From positions 96,001 to 160,000 of the forward strand of contig CAVVUS010000023.1 of NCBI GenBank assembly GCA_963751345.1: a DNA stretch of 64,000 bases, in the 5' to 3' direction. Under the pieces are notes generated by a model. That model was not told where the DNA came from, made no database searches, and saw only the letters and a program-made list of their open reading frames with translations. The stretch is from an uncultured Chloroflexia bacterium (GTDB taxonomy: Bacteria; Chloroflexota; Anaerolineae; B4-G1; SLSP01). Positions 1 to 11,062 of the stretch are shown here, piece after piece (positions within the stretch are counted from its first letter, which is position 1; each line of letters begins with the position of its first letter). A program made the translations under genes and the position numbers.

Positions 1-581
1 CTGAAGCGATCGTACGTACCGCCCTCGTCCCGCTCCACAAGCATTCCCGCCTTCACCTGCTCCTCAACGGAGTAGCCCTTGCCAAGGAGATCGGTTCGCA
101 GTGCGTCCCACGCATCAAGGCTGTAGCCCAGGTTAAAGGTCTCCACTGTCTCGCGGGTGAATCCTCGTTGCTTGAGGTAGGCGCGCGCGTGTGCGGCCTG
201 CGGCGCGGTCATCAACAGGGCGTGATACGTATTGGCCGCCGCATCCAGGAGCGACCGGAGACGCTCGGCCTCGGACTCGGCTTTGACCTCCTGGGGCGAT
301 TGTTCGCGTAGAGTGACGTTGGCCTGGCGGGCTAACTCCTCCAGGGCCGTTCGGAAGTCATAGCCGTCCATCTCCATCACGAAGCTGAAGATGTCGCCCC
401 CGCGGTCGCAGCCAAAGCAGTGCCATCGTTGCTCATCGGGGAAGACGTAGAAAGAGGGGGTCTTCTCCGTGTGAAACGGGCAGAGCCCTTTGAAGTAGCG
501 CCCGGATTTCTGCAGATGGACGTGTCTGCCGACAAGATCCGCGAGATCCAGGCGTTCCTTGATTTCGTCGATAACGCTCAT
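1..581 (-). CDS. dnaG: DNA primase, 5' part (runs off the window start)
   Basis: Manual translation from ATG at 581: MSVIDEIKERLDLADLVGRHVHLQKSGRYFKGLCPFHTEKTPSFYVFPDEQRWHCFGCDRGGDIFSF, with the CHC2 zinc-finger motif CPFH..EKTPSF..CFGC. Confidence 0.95.
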   Translation of the reverse strand, partial: MSVIDEIKERLDLADLVGRHVHLQKSGRYFKGLCPFHTEKTPSFYVFPDEQRWHCFGCDRGGDIFSFVMEMDGYDFRTALEELARQANVTLREQSPQEVKAESEAERLRSLLDAAANTYHALLMTAPQAAHARAYLKQRGFTRETVETFNLGYSLDAWDALRTDLLGKGYSVEEQVKAGMLVERDEGGTYDRF

Positions 582-677
582 AGCGAGTGGGCTGGCATGA
601 GACTCAGTTCTGTATCATCCGCGTCCAATGTGCAAACACGACAGGAACGTGGTCGGTGAACTGGCTGTCCGGCGACC

Positions 678-962
678 TCAGCGTAGCTCCGACTCCCAGT
701 CGAGAACCTGGACCTGGAAATAGTTCTCCTCAATCCAGCGGATGGCATTCTCGATCACGGCATAGGCGTGAGCTGAGTCGTTGCACACGACGGCGATGGC
801 GATATCCGACGACTGCCAAACGTCCTGCTGATCGACTTCTGCTGCGGCGACCTCGAACTGGCGCCGCAACTGATGAAGCAGAGGCTTAAGTACGCCCCGC
901 TTTTCCTTAAGGGAGCTGACCCCCGGCAGGTAAAGGTGGATCTTCGACGCGCCGATAATCAT
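678..962 (-). CDS. DUF503 (YlxP-like) protein
   Basis: 94 aa; SLKEKR..L..LRRQFEVAAAEVDQQDVWQ signature. Confidence 0.9.
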   Translation of the reverse strand: MIIGASKIHLYLPGVSSLKEKRGVLKPLLHQLRRQFEVAAAEVDQQDVWQSSDIAIAVVCNDSAHAYAVIENAIRWIEENYFQVQVLDWESELR

Positions 963-1148
963 AGGGCCATCACCGACTCCGAGGGGAAGCTGAGATCTGG
1001 GAGACGTAGCGCGTGGCGAAATCAGGCGGTCGAGCCGTCATCGTGGGGCATCGCAGGTCACGCTGTCTCTGGTGGTGGTCATCACGAGGTGCCGGGCGCT
1101 GGTGCCCGAGGGTCCGTGGCCCGGCATCTCCAACAGCGGTGGGGCTGG

Positions 1149-1361
1149 CTACTCGGGTTTCTTCTCCGATTCGGTGGAGACCTCGCTGACCTCAGTGCCA
1201 GCGTCCTCCTCGTCCTCGTTGGTCGAGACACCTTCCTTGAAACCGCGAATCCCCTTGCCCAGCTCCGATCCAATCTTGCCAATCCGCCCAGGTCCGAAGA
1301 TCAAGATCGCTATCACCAAAATCAGGATCAGCTCAGGAACACCCAAATTGCGAAAGAGCAT
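1149..1361 (-). CDS. tatA: Twin-arginine translocase TatA/TatE subunit
   Basis: LGVPELILILVIAILIFGPGRIGKIGSELGKGIRGFK followed by an acidic tail. Confidence 0.93.
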   Translation of the reverse strand: MLFRNLGVPELILILVIAILIFGPGRIGKIGSELGKGIRGFKEGVSTNEDEEDAGTEVSEVSTESEKKPE

Positions 1362-1455
1362 TACGTCCTCCTAAGAAGCGCGGAATCCATCAAGTGCGCA
1401 GATGATACTGGGTAATACAGGAAAGGCAAGTCCAATAGCCAGATTGTCCCGCTAA

Positions 1456-1464
1456 TGGTACAAT
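1456..1464 (+). promoter_or_regulatory. Putative extended -10 element (TGGTACAAT) upstream of the glcF-D-E fusion
   Basis: TGnTAnnnT pattern about 85 nt before the start codon in a divergent intergenic region. Confidence 0.4.
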
Positions 1465-1548
1465 CTCGCCGGACTCTGATCCCCTGGGCATCCAGGGAGA
1501 CACCAATACCATCGCTTGGAGGCGCTGCGCGTGCTAGAGATCACCCAT

Positions 1549-4500
1549 ATGCTGACCGAGGAATACCAGGACTTGCTGAAAGCCTGCGTCCACTGCGGGT
1601 TGTGCCTGCAGGCGTGCCCGACCTACGCGGTCTTCGGCACGGAGATGGACGCGTCGCGCGGGCGGATCGCGCTGATGCGCGCCGCGGTCAGCGGTAAGAT
1701 CACGCAGGAGGAGTTTCTGACGACCTTCGCGGAGCACATCACGCTCTGCCTGGAGTGTCGCGCGTGCGAGTCGGCGTGCCCCTCGGGCGTACAGTACGGC
1801 AAGCTGATCGAGGGCGCGCGGGTGGCGCTGGAGGCGCTGCGCGACCCGGGCCCCGCCGAGCGGTTCGTCAAGTGGCTGGGGATGTACCAACTGATGCCGC
1901 ACGTGGGACAGATGAAGCTGTTGGCCCGGCTGATGTGGCTCTACGAGACGTTGGGTGGGCAATGGCTGGTTCGCACGTTGAACGTGCTCCCCAAGCCGCT
2001 CAACGCGATGGAGGGGATCCTCCCGCCGATCACGGCGCGCTATCCCGATTACGATCATCCCGCGCCCGCCATCGGCGAGAAGCGAGGGACGGTGGCCTTC
2101 TTCTACGGATGCATCCAGGAGGCGTTTCTCTCGGGGATCAACGCGGCGACGGTGCGGGTGCTCCAGCGGAACGGCTACGAGGTGCACTTCCCCCAGGCCC
2201 AGACGTGTTGTGGTGCGGCCCAGTGGCATACGGGTGGGGAGGCGCTGGCCAAGGACCTGGCGCGGCAGAACATCGACGCCTTCGAGCCCTACGACGTTGT
2301 CGTGAACAACGCCGGAGGATGTGGGCTAACGCTCAAGGAGTACCCCGATCTGCTGGGTGACGATCCGGTCTATGCCGGGCGCGCAGAGGCCTTTGCCGCG
2401 AAAGTGCAGGACTTCAGCGAGTTTGTGCACGCCAACCTGCACACCCCGCCGGTGGGTGAGCTCCGCATCCGCGCCACCTACTCCGATTCGTGCCACCTGC
2501 GCCACGGCCAGGGCGTGATCGACCAGCCGCGGGAGCTCCTGAGGGCGATCCCGGCGCTCGATCTGGTGGAGTTGCGACAGCCCGATCGATGCTGCGGCAG
2601 CGCAGGGATCTACAACATCGTGCAGAGCGAGACGGCCAACGCAGTGTTGGATGCCAAGATGGCAGATATCGCCGGTACCGGTGCCGATATCGTGGTCACA
2701 AGCAATACCGGGTGCCATATGCAGTTGGTATCGGGGGTGCGCCGCGCGCGGCTCAACGCCAAGGTGATGCACATCGCCGAGGTGCTCGACCTTTCCTACG
2801 CAGTTGCCGAGAGGCGTGATGGAGAGGTCCAGGCCCGGCTCTCCGCCCCCGTCCGACATCCGAAGCCACTCTTCGGCGCGGCGAAGCTGCCCGAGCGATG
2901 GCTGGCCTGGCAGGCTCACCGCATGAACCGCCAGAAGATGACGCCGCTTGCCTCGCTGAAGGCCAAGCTGCAGCCCGGCCAGGTGGTCGACGATCCGGTC
3001 GAGCTCCTGACTTACTCGGTCGACGCAGGGCTCGATCACGGCATGCCCAGCGGCGTGGTCTTCCCGTACTCGACCGAGGATGTGGAGACCGTGATGCGCT
3101 GGGGCCGGGCCTACGACGTCCCCGTGGTCGCTCGCGGTGCGGGTACGAGCCTCTCGGGTGGTTCCGTGGCGCTGCGGGGCGGGCTGATCCTCCAGTTCTC
3201 GCATATGAAGGATCTCGTGGATTTGGACCTCGCTGGGCGGAGCGCGGTGGTGCAGCCGGGGATGGTGAACTTGGTCCTCGACGAGAGGGTTAAGGCCGAT
3301 GGGCTCTACTTTCCGCCCGATCCCGCGAGCGGCCGCACGGCCACGATTGGTGGGAACGTGGGCGAGAACGCCGGAGGCCCGCACTGTTTCAAATACGGTG
3401 TGACGAGCAACTACATCACGGGGCTGGAGGTCGTGCTGGCCGACGGGCGCCGCGTGGCCCTGGGTGGGAGAGCCCTGGACATCCCGGACCTCGACTGGGT
3501 GGGGCTCTTCACGGGGTCCGAGGGGACGCTGGGCGTGGTGACCGAGACCACGGTGAAGCTGGTGCGGAACCCGCCGGCGGTCAAGACGCTGCTCGCGGCG
3601 TTTGACTCGGTCGCCCAGGCGGGCGAGGCCGTGTCGGCTGTGATCGCGGCGGGGTTGGTGCCCGCGACGATGGAGATGATGGGACAGCGGATCATGCGCG
3701 CCGTGGAGGACTATACACACTCGGGCTTGCCCGTGCACGCGGGGGCCGCGCTGATCATCGATCTGGATGGCTATCCCGAGAGCGTCGATCCGCAGATCGC
3801 GGAGGTCGACGCAGTGCTGCAGGCACACGGCGCGTTGGAGACGCGCGTCGCGAAGTCTGAGGATGAGCGCACACAGATATGGTACGCCCGAAAGAGCGCT
3901 GCAGGGGCGATGGCCCGGTTGGCGGTGGACCATTATACCGTCGACGGCTCGGTGCCCCGCAGCAAGTTGGCCGAGGTACTGCGAGAGGTGATCCGGATCT
4001 GCGCCGACGTTGACCTGGAGGTGCTCTTTCTGCTGCACGCCGGGGACGGCAACCTCCATCCCATGGTCCTCGTCCCGGACCCAGAGGATCAGGCTTTCAT
4101 GGACCGGCTCCACGAGGGCGGGCGGCGGATGGCCCGGCTCTTTGTATCCTATGGGGGCACCATCACGGGCGAGCACGGCATTGGCATCGAGAAGCAGGAG
4201 TTCATGTCCCTGATGTATGGCGAGGATGAACTGGCCGCCATGCACGAGGTCAAGGAGATCTTCGACCCTGACGAGCTGCTCAACCCCGACAAGATCTTCC
4301 CCACGGGGCACGAGTATGAGGCGTCCAGACTGATCGTCGAGTCCAAGCCATATGCCGGGGAGGACGTCGCTTTCTCGCCGGTCAGCGCCGAAGAGGCTGC
4401 GGCCGTGATCCGCAGCCTGGCGGCTGCGGGGGAACGGGTTCGCGTGCGTGGGGCTGGGACCAAGTCTACACATTTGGGGAAGTCCCGCATCGAGCTCCGC

Positions 4501-5494
4501 ACCGACGGACTCGCAGGCATACACACGTATGCGCGCGACGATCTCTACGTGACGGCTGGGGCCGGGACAACGCTCCTGGAGATGCAGCGCGTGCTGGCTG
4601 CAGACGGCATGTGGGTGCCCATCGTCTCGCCGTGGCCCGAGTCCACCGTTGGCGGGATCGTGGCCAGCAACTTCAACGGTCCGCAGAGGATGCGTTACGG
4701 GGCGATTCGCGATCTCGTGCAGGCGTTGACCGTGGTGTTGCCCGATGGGCGTGTGCTGCGCCTGGGGCGACCGGTGATGAAGAACGTCGCGGGCTATGAC
4801 CTGGTGAAGCTGTTCATCGGCGCGTACGGCGCGCTGGGACTGATCACGGACGTGACGTTCAAGCTGAACGCTCGCCCCAGGCGCTCGCAAACGCTGGCCG
4901 TGCCGGTGAGCACGATGGCCGAGGGACTACGCTGGTCCGAGCGCTTGTCGCGCGATGCCCTGGTTGCGTCTTCCGTCCTGCTGGAGAGCGCAGAGGGAGA
5001 CGGTAGGCTCAGGCTGCTCTATACCGCGGAGGGCCTGGCGGAGGACGTGACCGCCGAGGTCGCGCACGTGCGTGCCGCGCTCGACGCGCTAGGCGCGCCG
5101 GCGCCGGCTTTGATGGAGCTTACCGGCAGCGAAGCGTGGGCGTCGTGGATGGCCATTGGCCTCAAGGAGGATGGCTTGCTCGTGCGCGTCGGCGTTCCTG
5201 CGCGGGATTTGGCGGCCGCCGTCGATGGGCTGGTGGGGGCCACGGATCCGGCCGCCGTCTTGGTCGATGCGCCAAACGGCCATGTCTACACACGCGGTAC
5301 CGTCGATCTGGCGACGTGCCCGGCGCGTGGCGGCATCGTTCGGGGGGTATGCCGTGGTCGTGGGAGCAGGCGCGGGTGTGAAGGTCGCGCGTGACGAGAT
5401 CTGGGGCTATACGTCCGATGTCGCGTATCTCATGCGCGCTATCAAGGAAAAGTGGGATCCCAGGGCGTGCTTTGATGGCGCTGGGTTCATCTAG
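1549..5494 (+). CDS. Fused glycolate/lactate oxidase-type protein: GlcF (Fe-S, CCG domains) + GlcD (FAD) + GlcE (FAD); frameshift near 5320
   Basis: CVHCGLCLQACP and CLECRACESACP ferredoxin motifs, two CCG motifs, then ARGAGTSLSGG, PDPAS, HAGDGNLHP, GEHGIG, LNPDKIF, then GRPVMKNVAGYDLVKLFIG; the tail (IKEKWDP) continues in another frame to 5494; start could be 1516-1549. Confidence 0.88.
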
Positions 5495-5521
5495 TAACGC
5501 AATGAAAGAAGGAGCCAGGGC

Positions 5522-6628
5522 ATGACAGTAGAGATCACGCGTATTCCGGTAGAGGTATTGCGGCAGTTCATGGTCGACGTCTTCAAGGCGCAGGGGGTGT
5601 CCGATGAGGACGCAGACATTTGTGCCGAGGTCCTGATCACCTCCGACCTCCGTGGTATCGAGTCCCACGGTATCGGGCGACTCGGGTACTATTACGAACG
5701 CATCCAGGCGGGTATCCAGTTCCCGACGGCCCAGATGGAGATCGTCAAGGAGACCGAGACGACAGCGCTGATCGACGGGCATCACGGAATGGGACACCCA
5801 ACTGCCTACCGGTCGATGCAACTGGCGATCCGTAAGGCTCGGGCCTACGGCATCGGCGGCGTGGCGGTGCGCAATGCGACGCATTTCGGTATCGCGGGCT
5901 ATTATCCGCTGATGGCGGCCAAGGAGGGTATGGTGGGCATGGCGTTCACCAATGCTCGGCCCTCCATCGCACCCACGTTCAGCACGGAGCCGATGCTGGG
6001 CACGAACCCGATCGCCTTCGCTGCGCCCTCTGACCTCGGGTTCCCCTTCTGTTACGATGGGGCTACGTCGATCACGCAGCGAGGGAAGATCGAGGTAGCG
6101 GCCCGCGCGGAGAAGCCCGTGCCCGAAGGGTGGGTGATCGGTGCCGATGGAACCATGATGACGGATTCGGACGCCATCCTGGCGGCGCTACCCAAATTCC
6201 AGGCTGCGCTGTTACCCTTGGGAGGACAGACCGAGACGTTGGCAGGCTACAAGGGCTATGGGTTGGCCACGATCGTCGAGATCCTATCGGCGGGTCTCTC
6301 CGGTGGGCCCTTCATGAAGGATCTCCTAGGCTATAACGAGGATGGTACCAAGCGTCCACATATGCTGGGACACTTCTTCCTCGCCATCGATGTGGCCCAC
6401 TTCGTGCCGCTGTCGCTCTTCAAGTCCATCGTCGGCAACATGTCCCGGGCTCTTCAGGACGCGCGGAAGGCGCCTGGCGAGGCACGGATCTATGTTGCCG
6501 GGGAGAAGGAGCACGAGAAGGAAGCGGAGATTAGGGAGAAGGGTGTGCCCGTGAACGCGAATCTGCGCAGCACCATGCAGATGCTGCGAGACACACTGGG
6601 CGTGGCGGGATACGAGAGCTACTTCTAG
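5522..6628 (+). CDS. Ldh_2 family (malate/L-lactate/L-sulfolactate type) oxidoreductase
   Basis: DLRGIESHG, NATHFGIAGYY, GTNPIAFAAP, LLPLGG..YKGYGL motifs. Confidence 0.92.
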   Translation: MTVEITRIPVEVLRQFMVDVFKAQGVSDEDADICAEVLITSDLRGIESHGIGRLGYYYERIQAGIQFPTAQMEIVKETETTALIDGHHGMGHPTAYRSMQLAIRKARAYGIGGVAVRNATHFGIAGYYPLMAAKEGMVGMAFTNARPSIAPTFSTEPMLGTNPIAFAAPSDLGFPFCYDGATSITQRGKIEVAARAEKPVPEGWVIGADGTMMTDSDAILAALPKFQAALLPLGGQTETLAGYKGYGLATIVEILSAGLSGGPFMKDLLGYNEDGTKRPHMLGHFFLAIDVAHFVPLSLFKSIVGNMSRALQDARKAPGEARIYVAGEKEHEKEAEIREKGVPVNANLRSTMQMLRDTLGVAGYESYF

Positions 6629-6633
6629 CAACG

Positions 6634-6710
6634 GAAGTAGGGAGTACGGAGTAGGGAATAGAACAACGCCCCTCGTCGTTCCAAAGCCTTGACTTCGTGC
6701 TCCCTACCCA
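6634..6710. repeat. Heptamer-arm palindrome, family B (GGAGTAN units), standing alone
   Basis: GAAGTAG GGAGTAC GGAGTAG GGAATAG ... TGACTTC GTGCTCC CTACCCA. Confidence 0.7.
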
Positions 6711-6729
6711 ATTCTCCTGGAGGGACACA

Positions 6730-8215
6730 ATGGCATCCGACAACAACCCTGTATTCCTGGCGGTCGACCTTGGCGCCGAGAGTGGTCGCGTGGTCGCAGG
6801 GCACTTCGACGGTGCCCGGATCGGTCTGGAGGAAGTGCATCGCTTTCCCAACGGCCCCGTGATCGTTCGAGGTACCCTGCATTGGGACATCCTTCGCCTG
6901 TGGTCCGATATCAAGATCGGGCTGGCCAAGGCGGCGGATCGCTATGGCGACCGCGTCGCCGGCATCGGACTCGACACGTGGGGGGTGGATTTCGGACTGC
7001 TTGCGGCAGACGACAGCCTGCTGGGCAATCCCTATCACTATCGCGACAGCCGCACCGACGCGATTATGCCGATCACGTTCGAGAAGGTGTCCCGCGCTGA
7101 GATCTTTGAACGGACCGGCATCCAGTTTATGCAGTTCAACAGCCTTTTCCAGCTCGCGGCGATGGTGGAGGGCGGGTCGCCGATCCTCGACGTGGCGGAC
7201 ACTTTCCTGAATATCCCGGATCTGCTCAACTTCTGGCTGACCGGTCGCAAGGCGAGCGAGTTCACGATCGCCACGACGACACAGTGCTACGACCCCCGGA
7301 AGGGCGATTGGGCTTACGGGATGTTGGAGACGCTGGGTATCCCCACCGGCATCTTCGGCGAGATCGTGCCGCCGGGCACCGTGCTCGGGCCGTTGACCGC
7401 GTCACTCGCGGAGGAGACTGGGTTGGGCCCCGTGCCCGTCATCGCGCCTGCGACGCACGACACAGGCTCTGCGGTCGCCGCGGTGCCCATGGTCCCCGAG
7501 AACGCTATCTACCTGAGTTCGGGTACCTGGTCGCTGATGGGGGTCGAGTCAAAGACGCCGATCATCAACGACGATATGCTCGCCTGGAACCTCACCAACG
7601 AGGGTGGGGTGGGCGGCACCTTCCGCATTCTGAAGAACATCATGGGACTGTGGCTGGTCCAGGAGTGCCGGCGCGAGTGGCAGCGCGCGGGCGACGACCA
7701 CGACTACGGTGAGATGGTGCAGATGGCGGCAGACGCACCTGCGTTTGGGCCGATCGTCGCACCGGGGGACAACAGCTTCCTGGCACCCGGTGATATGTGC
7801 GTGCGCATCCGGGAGTTCTGCCGCCGCACCGGGCAGACTCCCCCGACGACAAAGGGCGCCGTCCTGCGATGTGCGCTGGAGAGCCTGGCGTTGGAGTATC
7901 GTTGGGTCGCCGAGCGGCTCGACGCGCTCATGGGCAAGCATTTGGAGACGATCCACATCATTGGCGGCGGAGCGCTCAACGAATTACTCGACCAGTTGGC
8001 GGCGAACGCGACCGGGCGTACGGTAGTGACCGGGCCGATCGAGGCCACCGCTCTGGGCAACGTGTTGGTGCAGGCGATGGCGCTGGGGGATATCGGGTCG
8101 ATTGCCGAGGGTCGCGAGATCGTCGAGAGCCTCCTTCGACCTCAAGACGTTCGTGCCGCAAGATACGGCGGCATGGGATGCCGTCTACGCGCGGTATCTG
8201 GAGCTGCGGGAGTAA
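6730..8215 (+). CDS. rhaB: Rhamnulokinase family (FGGY) sugar kinase; frameshift near 8130
   Basis: LAVDLGAESGR, LEEVHRFPN, DTWGVDFGLL, HYRDSRT, HDTGSAV, SSGTWSLMG; the C-terminus SFDLKTFVPQDTAAWDAVYARYLELRE* lies in a shifted frame. Confidence 0.85.
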
Positions 8216-8241
8216 GTGCGGGGCAGAGTCGGACCAACAAC

Positions 8242-8274
8242 AGATTGGTCCAGTCGGCCAGACTGGACCAATCT
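8242..8274. terminator. Hairpin between convergent genes (probable terminator)
   Basis: AGATTGGTCCAGTC-ggcca-GACTGGACCAATCT, perfect 14-bp stem. Confidence 0.6.
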
Positions 8275-8283
8275 TCTCATCCC

Positions 8284-8448
8284 CTATCGCCAGATTCTTC
8301 GTCCGAAGAGCAAGGAGAGTACCAGGAGGACCAGGAAGATGTAGAAGATGATCTTCGCAATCCCCACGGCGGCTCCCGCCAATCCTCCAAAGCCAAGTAT
8401 CGCAGCCACGACCGCGATCACCAGAAATGTGATTACCCATCCAAGCAT
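8284..8448 (-). CDS. DUF1328 small membrane protein
   Basis: [41 protein letters not shown], with an RBS (GGAG) upstream. Confidence 0.9.
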   Translation of the reverse strand: MLGWVITFLVIAVVAAILGFGGLAGAAVGIAKIIFYIFLVLLVLSLLFGRRIWR

Positions 8449-8476
8449 GTGTGGTCTCCTTTCGTAGAGAAACAGT

Positions 8477-9623
8477 TCAGCACGTGACCTCAACTTCCAT
8501 GTCGACGCCGATCTTTGTGAAGATCCTGTGCTTGATCTGCGCGTCGTATATCCGCCATTTCAGCTGTTGGTATCCTGAGTCCGTCCCGCCGGACAGGAAT
8601 CCCACGGGTATCTCGAACCCCCCTGCCGTGAGTTTTCCCCCACCGAAGTAGTGTCCCACCGCATCTCGGCCCAGTACGTCTTCGATGAATGTGTCCGGGT
8701 CGATGGTGATGCGCGCCGTGCGCATCGATCCGATGAGCTTCTCCTGTCCGTCGCCGTCCATCACGATGCCGTAGACGATGGCTGTGTGGACGTTCTCCTC
8801 GGACAGGAGGAAGTCAGCGGTCTGGGGAATCGCGTCGCGATCGCTGATGCGCAGATAGCCGATGCCAGCGATGGAGTAGCTTTCTGCAATGACACGCCCC
8901 TCCAGCGCCCGGTGGATGGTCTCCATCGTCTGTTTGGAGCGCGCCTGGTTCATGATCTGTTCCAGCAGCCCGGCGTCCTGATAGGCGCTCAGAAAGGCCG
9001 CCGCGCCGAAGTCCTCTTCCTTCGCGTAAACGAAGCTCTTGGTGTCCGTGAGGATGCCGTGCATCAACGACGTAGCCGCGATGACGTACTCTTTCTTGGA
9101 TTTGTCCAGAGGGAATGTCGAGATTCTGCAGGTAATGGACGTAAATCGTCGCCGTCGCGCCCGTCCTGCGGATGTCGCTGAACTCCGGCTTTAGGCGATC
9201 CTGGAGTTCATGGTGGTCGATGACGGCCAGCACGGGGATCTGAGTGGCCTCGATTGCCTGGGTGAGCGCCCGAGCCGTCGTCCCTTGATTGTCGACGAAG
9301 ATCGCGCCATCGTAGCCAGCCAGGTTCTGGGTGTTGTCGAACCGGATGAGATCGATACCCAGCAGCTTGACCAGCGCGATGTTCTGCTGGTGGCTGACTT
9401 CCCCAGCGTTGTAAATATCGACCCCGACGTCAAAGAGCGAGCTGATAAGCTGGTGGGTGTAGGCAGAGGAGATGGCGTCAGGATCCGGGAAATCCTGAAG
9501 CACGATCAGGTGATGCTCGCCTCGATGGGCCTCCAGCAGCTCTGTCAACATCGTAGCGGATGCTGGGCGCGCATCCTCTGTCGTATCCTGCGTCTCCGCC
9601 GGGACCTGTGGTAGCTGCTTCAT
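8477..9623 (-). CDS. DHH-family phosphoesterase (NrnA/oligoribonuclease-like); frameshift near 9110
   Basis: [37 protein letters not shown] motifs spread over two frames. Confidence 0.85.
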
Positions 9624-9760
9624 CCGGTTCACCTCGAGCTTCAGCGGCAAATATACCGTCATCACCCTCAAGGATAGCGCAAACGTGCCGGACACGATGA
9701 CGTGTTGCGTCGCTGAGGGGGTTGGGCCGGGTTAGCAGAGTTGGTAACGGGTTGGGCAGG

Positions 9761-9794
9761 AAGAGAGGGCCGGAGATTTCGCCGGCCCTCTCTT
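9761..9794. terminator. Intrinsic terminator-like hairpin downstream of the minus-strand polyol operon
   Basis: AAGAGAGGGCCGG-agatttcg-CCGGCCCTCTCTT. Confidence 0.7.
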
Positions 9795-9889
9795 GGTGCG
9801 GAAGTCCACTCGGCTACTTGGCCACGGTCACGTGGAAAAGCCACCAGTCGAGGCAGTTGCCCTTGCCGGGGCACCTCACGCAAGTTGGT

Positions 9890-10231
9890 CTAGAACGTCA
9901 GTGTGGCCCAGCCAGCCTTGAGTATCTCCGTGAGCGGGGTACCCATATACTTGACGTCGATGCCCAGGGCGCTGAGTTGGTCACTCACGCCATACATGTC
10001 CGCGCAGGCTTTGCAGGCCTCGACGACGACGCCGTCGGCGATCATCGCACGGATGCGCTCCTGCAAAGCGGGCTGGCGGGTGAGCAGGTCAGCAGATGGC
10101 CCCCAGATGATCAGCGTGACGTTGGCAAACCAACCGCGCCGCTTGGCGTTGTGTGTGTACATGAAGCAGACTTTGTCAGCGACCTCGGGGTCGCCGCTGC
10201 TCCAGACGACTGCCAGATTCTCTGTATTCAT
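9890..10231 (-). CDS. DsrE-family protein
   Basis: 113 aa; VTLIIWGPS and EACKACADMYGV motifs. Confidence 0.85.
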   Translation of the reverse strand: MNTENLAVVWSSGDPEVADKVCFMYTHNAKRRGWFANVTLIIWGPSADLLTRQPALQERIRAMIADGVVVEACKACADMYGVSDQLSALGIDVKYMGTPLTEILKAGWATLTF

Positions 10232-10249
10232 CGTGATACCTCCCTATAG

Positions 10250-11040
10250 CTAGTGCATCTCCTGCCCGCCGGTGACGTTGATCGCCTGGCCCGTCATATA
10301 GCTCGGACTGATCGGAGGCTAGGAAGACCACAACGTTGGTGATGTCCTGGTAGGTGCAGCCCCGCTTCATCGGCACCTGGTCAATGTAGCGCTGACGGAC
10401 TTCCTCTTCGGTGATGCCCCACTTCTTGGCGTATTGCCCGTAAAGGGAATCGACCCACAGTGGGGAATCGAGCAGGTTGCCGGGGCAGATGGCATTGACG
10501 CGCACGTTGTCCTCGGCCAGTTCCAGAGCCAAGCTCTGGGTGAGGCCAATGCCGCCGAACTTGGAGGCGGCGTAGGCCGAGTTCTTGTAGCTGCCCTTCT
10601 TGCCGGACTTGGAGTTGATCTGGATGATGGCGCCACTGTGCCGGGGCTTCATGACGCGGGCGGCGTGTTTGGCGACGAGGAAGTAGCCGAAGAGGTTGAC
10701 GTTGATGACGAAGCGCCACCGTTCGGCGGGAAACTCGTCGATGGCCTCGGCGATGAGGACGCCGGCGTTGGAGACGCAGATGTCGAGTCGCCCGAAGGTT
10801 TCGCACGGCAGCATCCACCATCGCCGCGACCTCGGTCTCGTTCGTGACGTCGGCCTTGACGGCGACCATGCGCCGGCCCGTCTGCGCCTCAATGGCAGCA
10901 GCGGTCTCCCGCGCACCTTCCAGGTTGATGTCGGCGACGACCACATGCGCTCCCTCGTCCGCCAGGCGCCGGCAGATCGCCTCGCCCAGCCCCTGCGCTC
11001 CTCCGGTCACTATCGCAGTACGATCTTCTAGCACGTTCAT
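10250..11040 (-). CDS. srlD: Sorbitol-6-phosphate 2-dehydrogenase (SDR); frameshifts near 10810 and 10305
   Basis: TGGAQGLG, IIQINSKSGKKGSYKNSAYAASKFGGIGLTQSLALELA, CPGNLLDSPLW, C-terminal YMTGQAINVTGGQEMH*. Confidence 0.88.
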
Positions 11041-11062
11041 ATATTGACTCCCCGTGATGTAT

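Noticed and set aside
2326-4890. 854-aa minus-strand ORF and similar long antisense ORFs (16228..17487, 41622..42614, 48941..50164)
   Set aside because: They are shadows of well-supported genes on the opposite strand in high-GC DNA and show no recognisable motifs.
6697-8487. 596-aa extended rhamnulokinase overlapping the DUF1328 gene
   Set aside because: The extension results from the frameshift near 8130; the plausible C-terminus ends at 8215.
9790-9885. tRNA-like or riboswitch-like RNA (the minus strand ends ..GCACCA before a terminator)
   Set aside because: No cloverleaf or T-loop, and no convincing match to the ZTP or c-di-GMP consensus.
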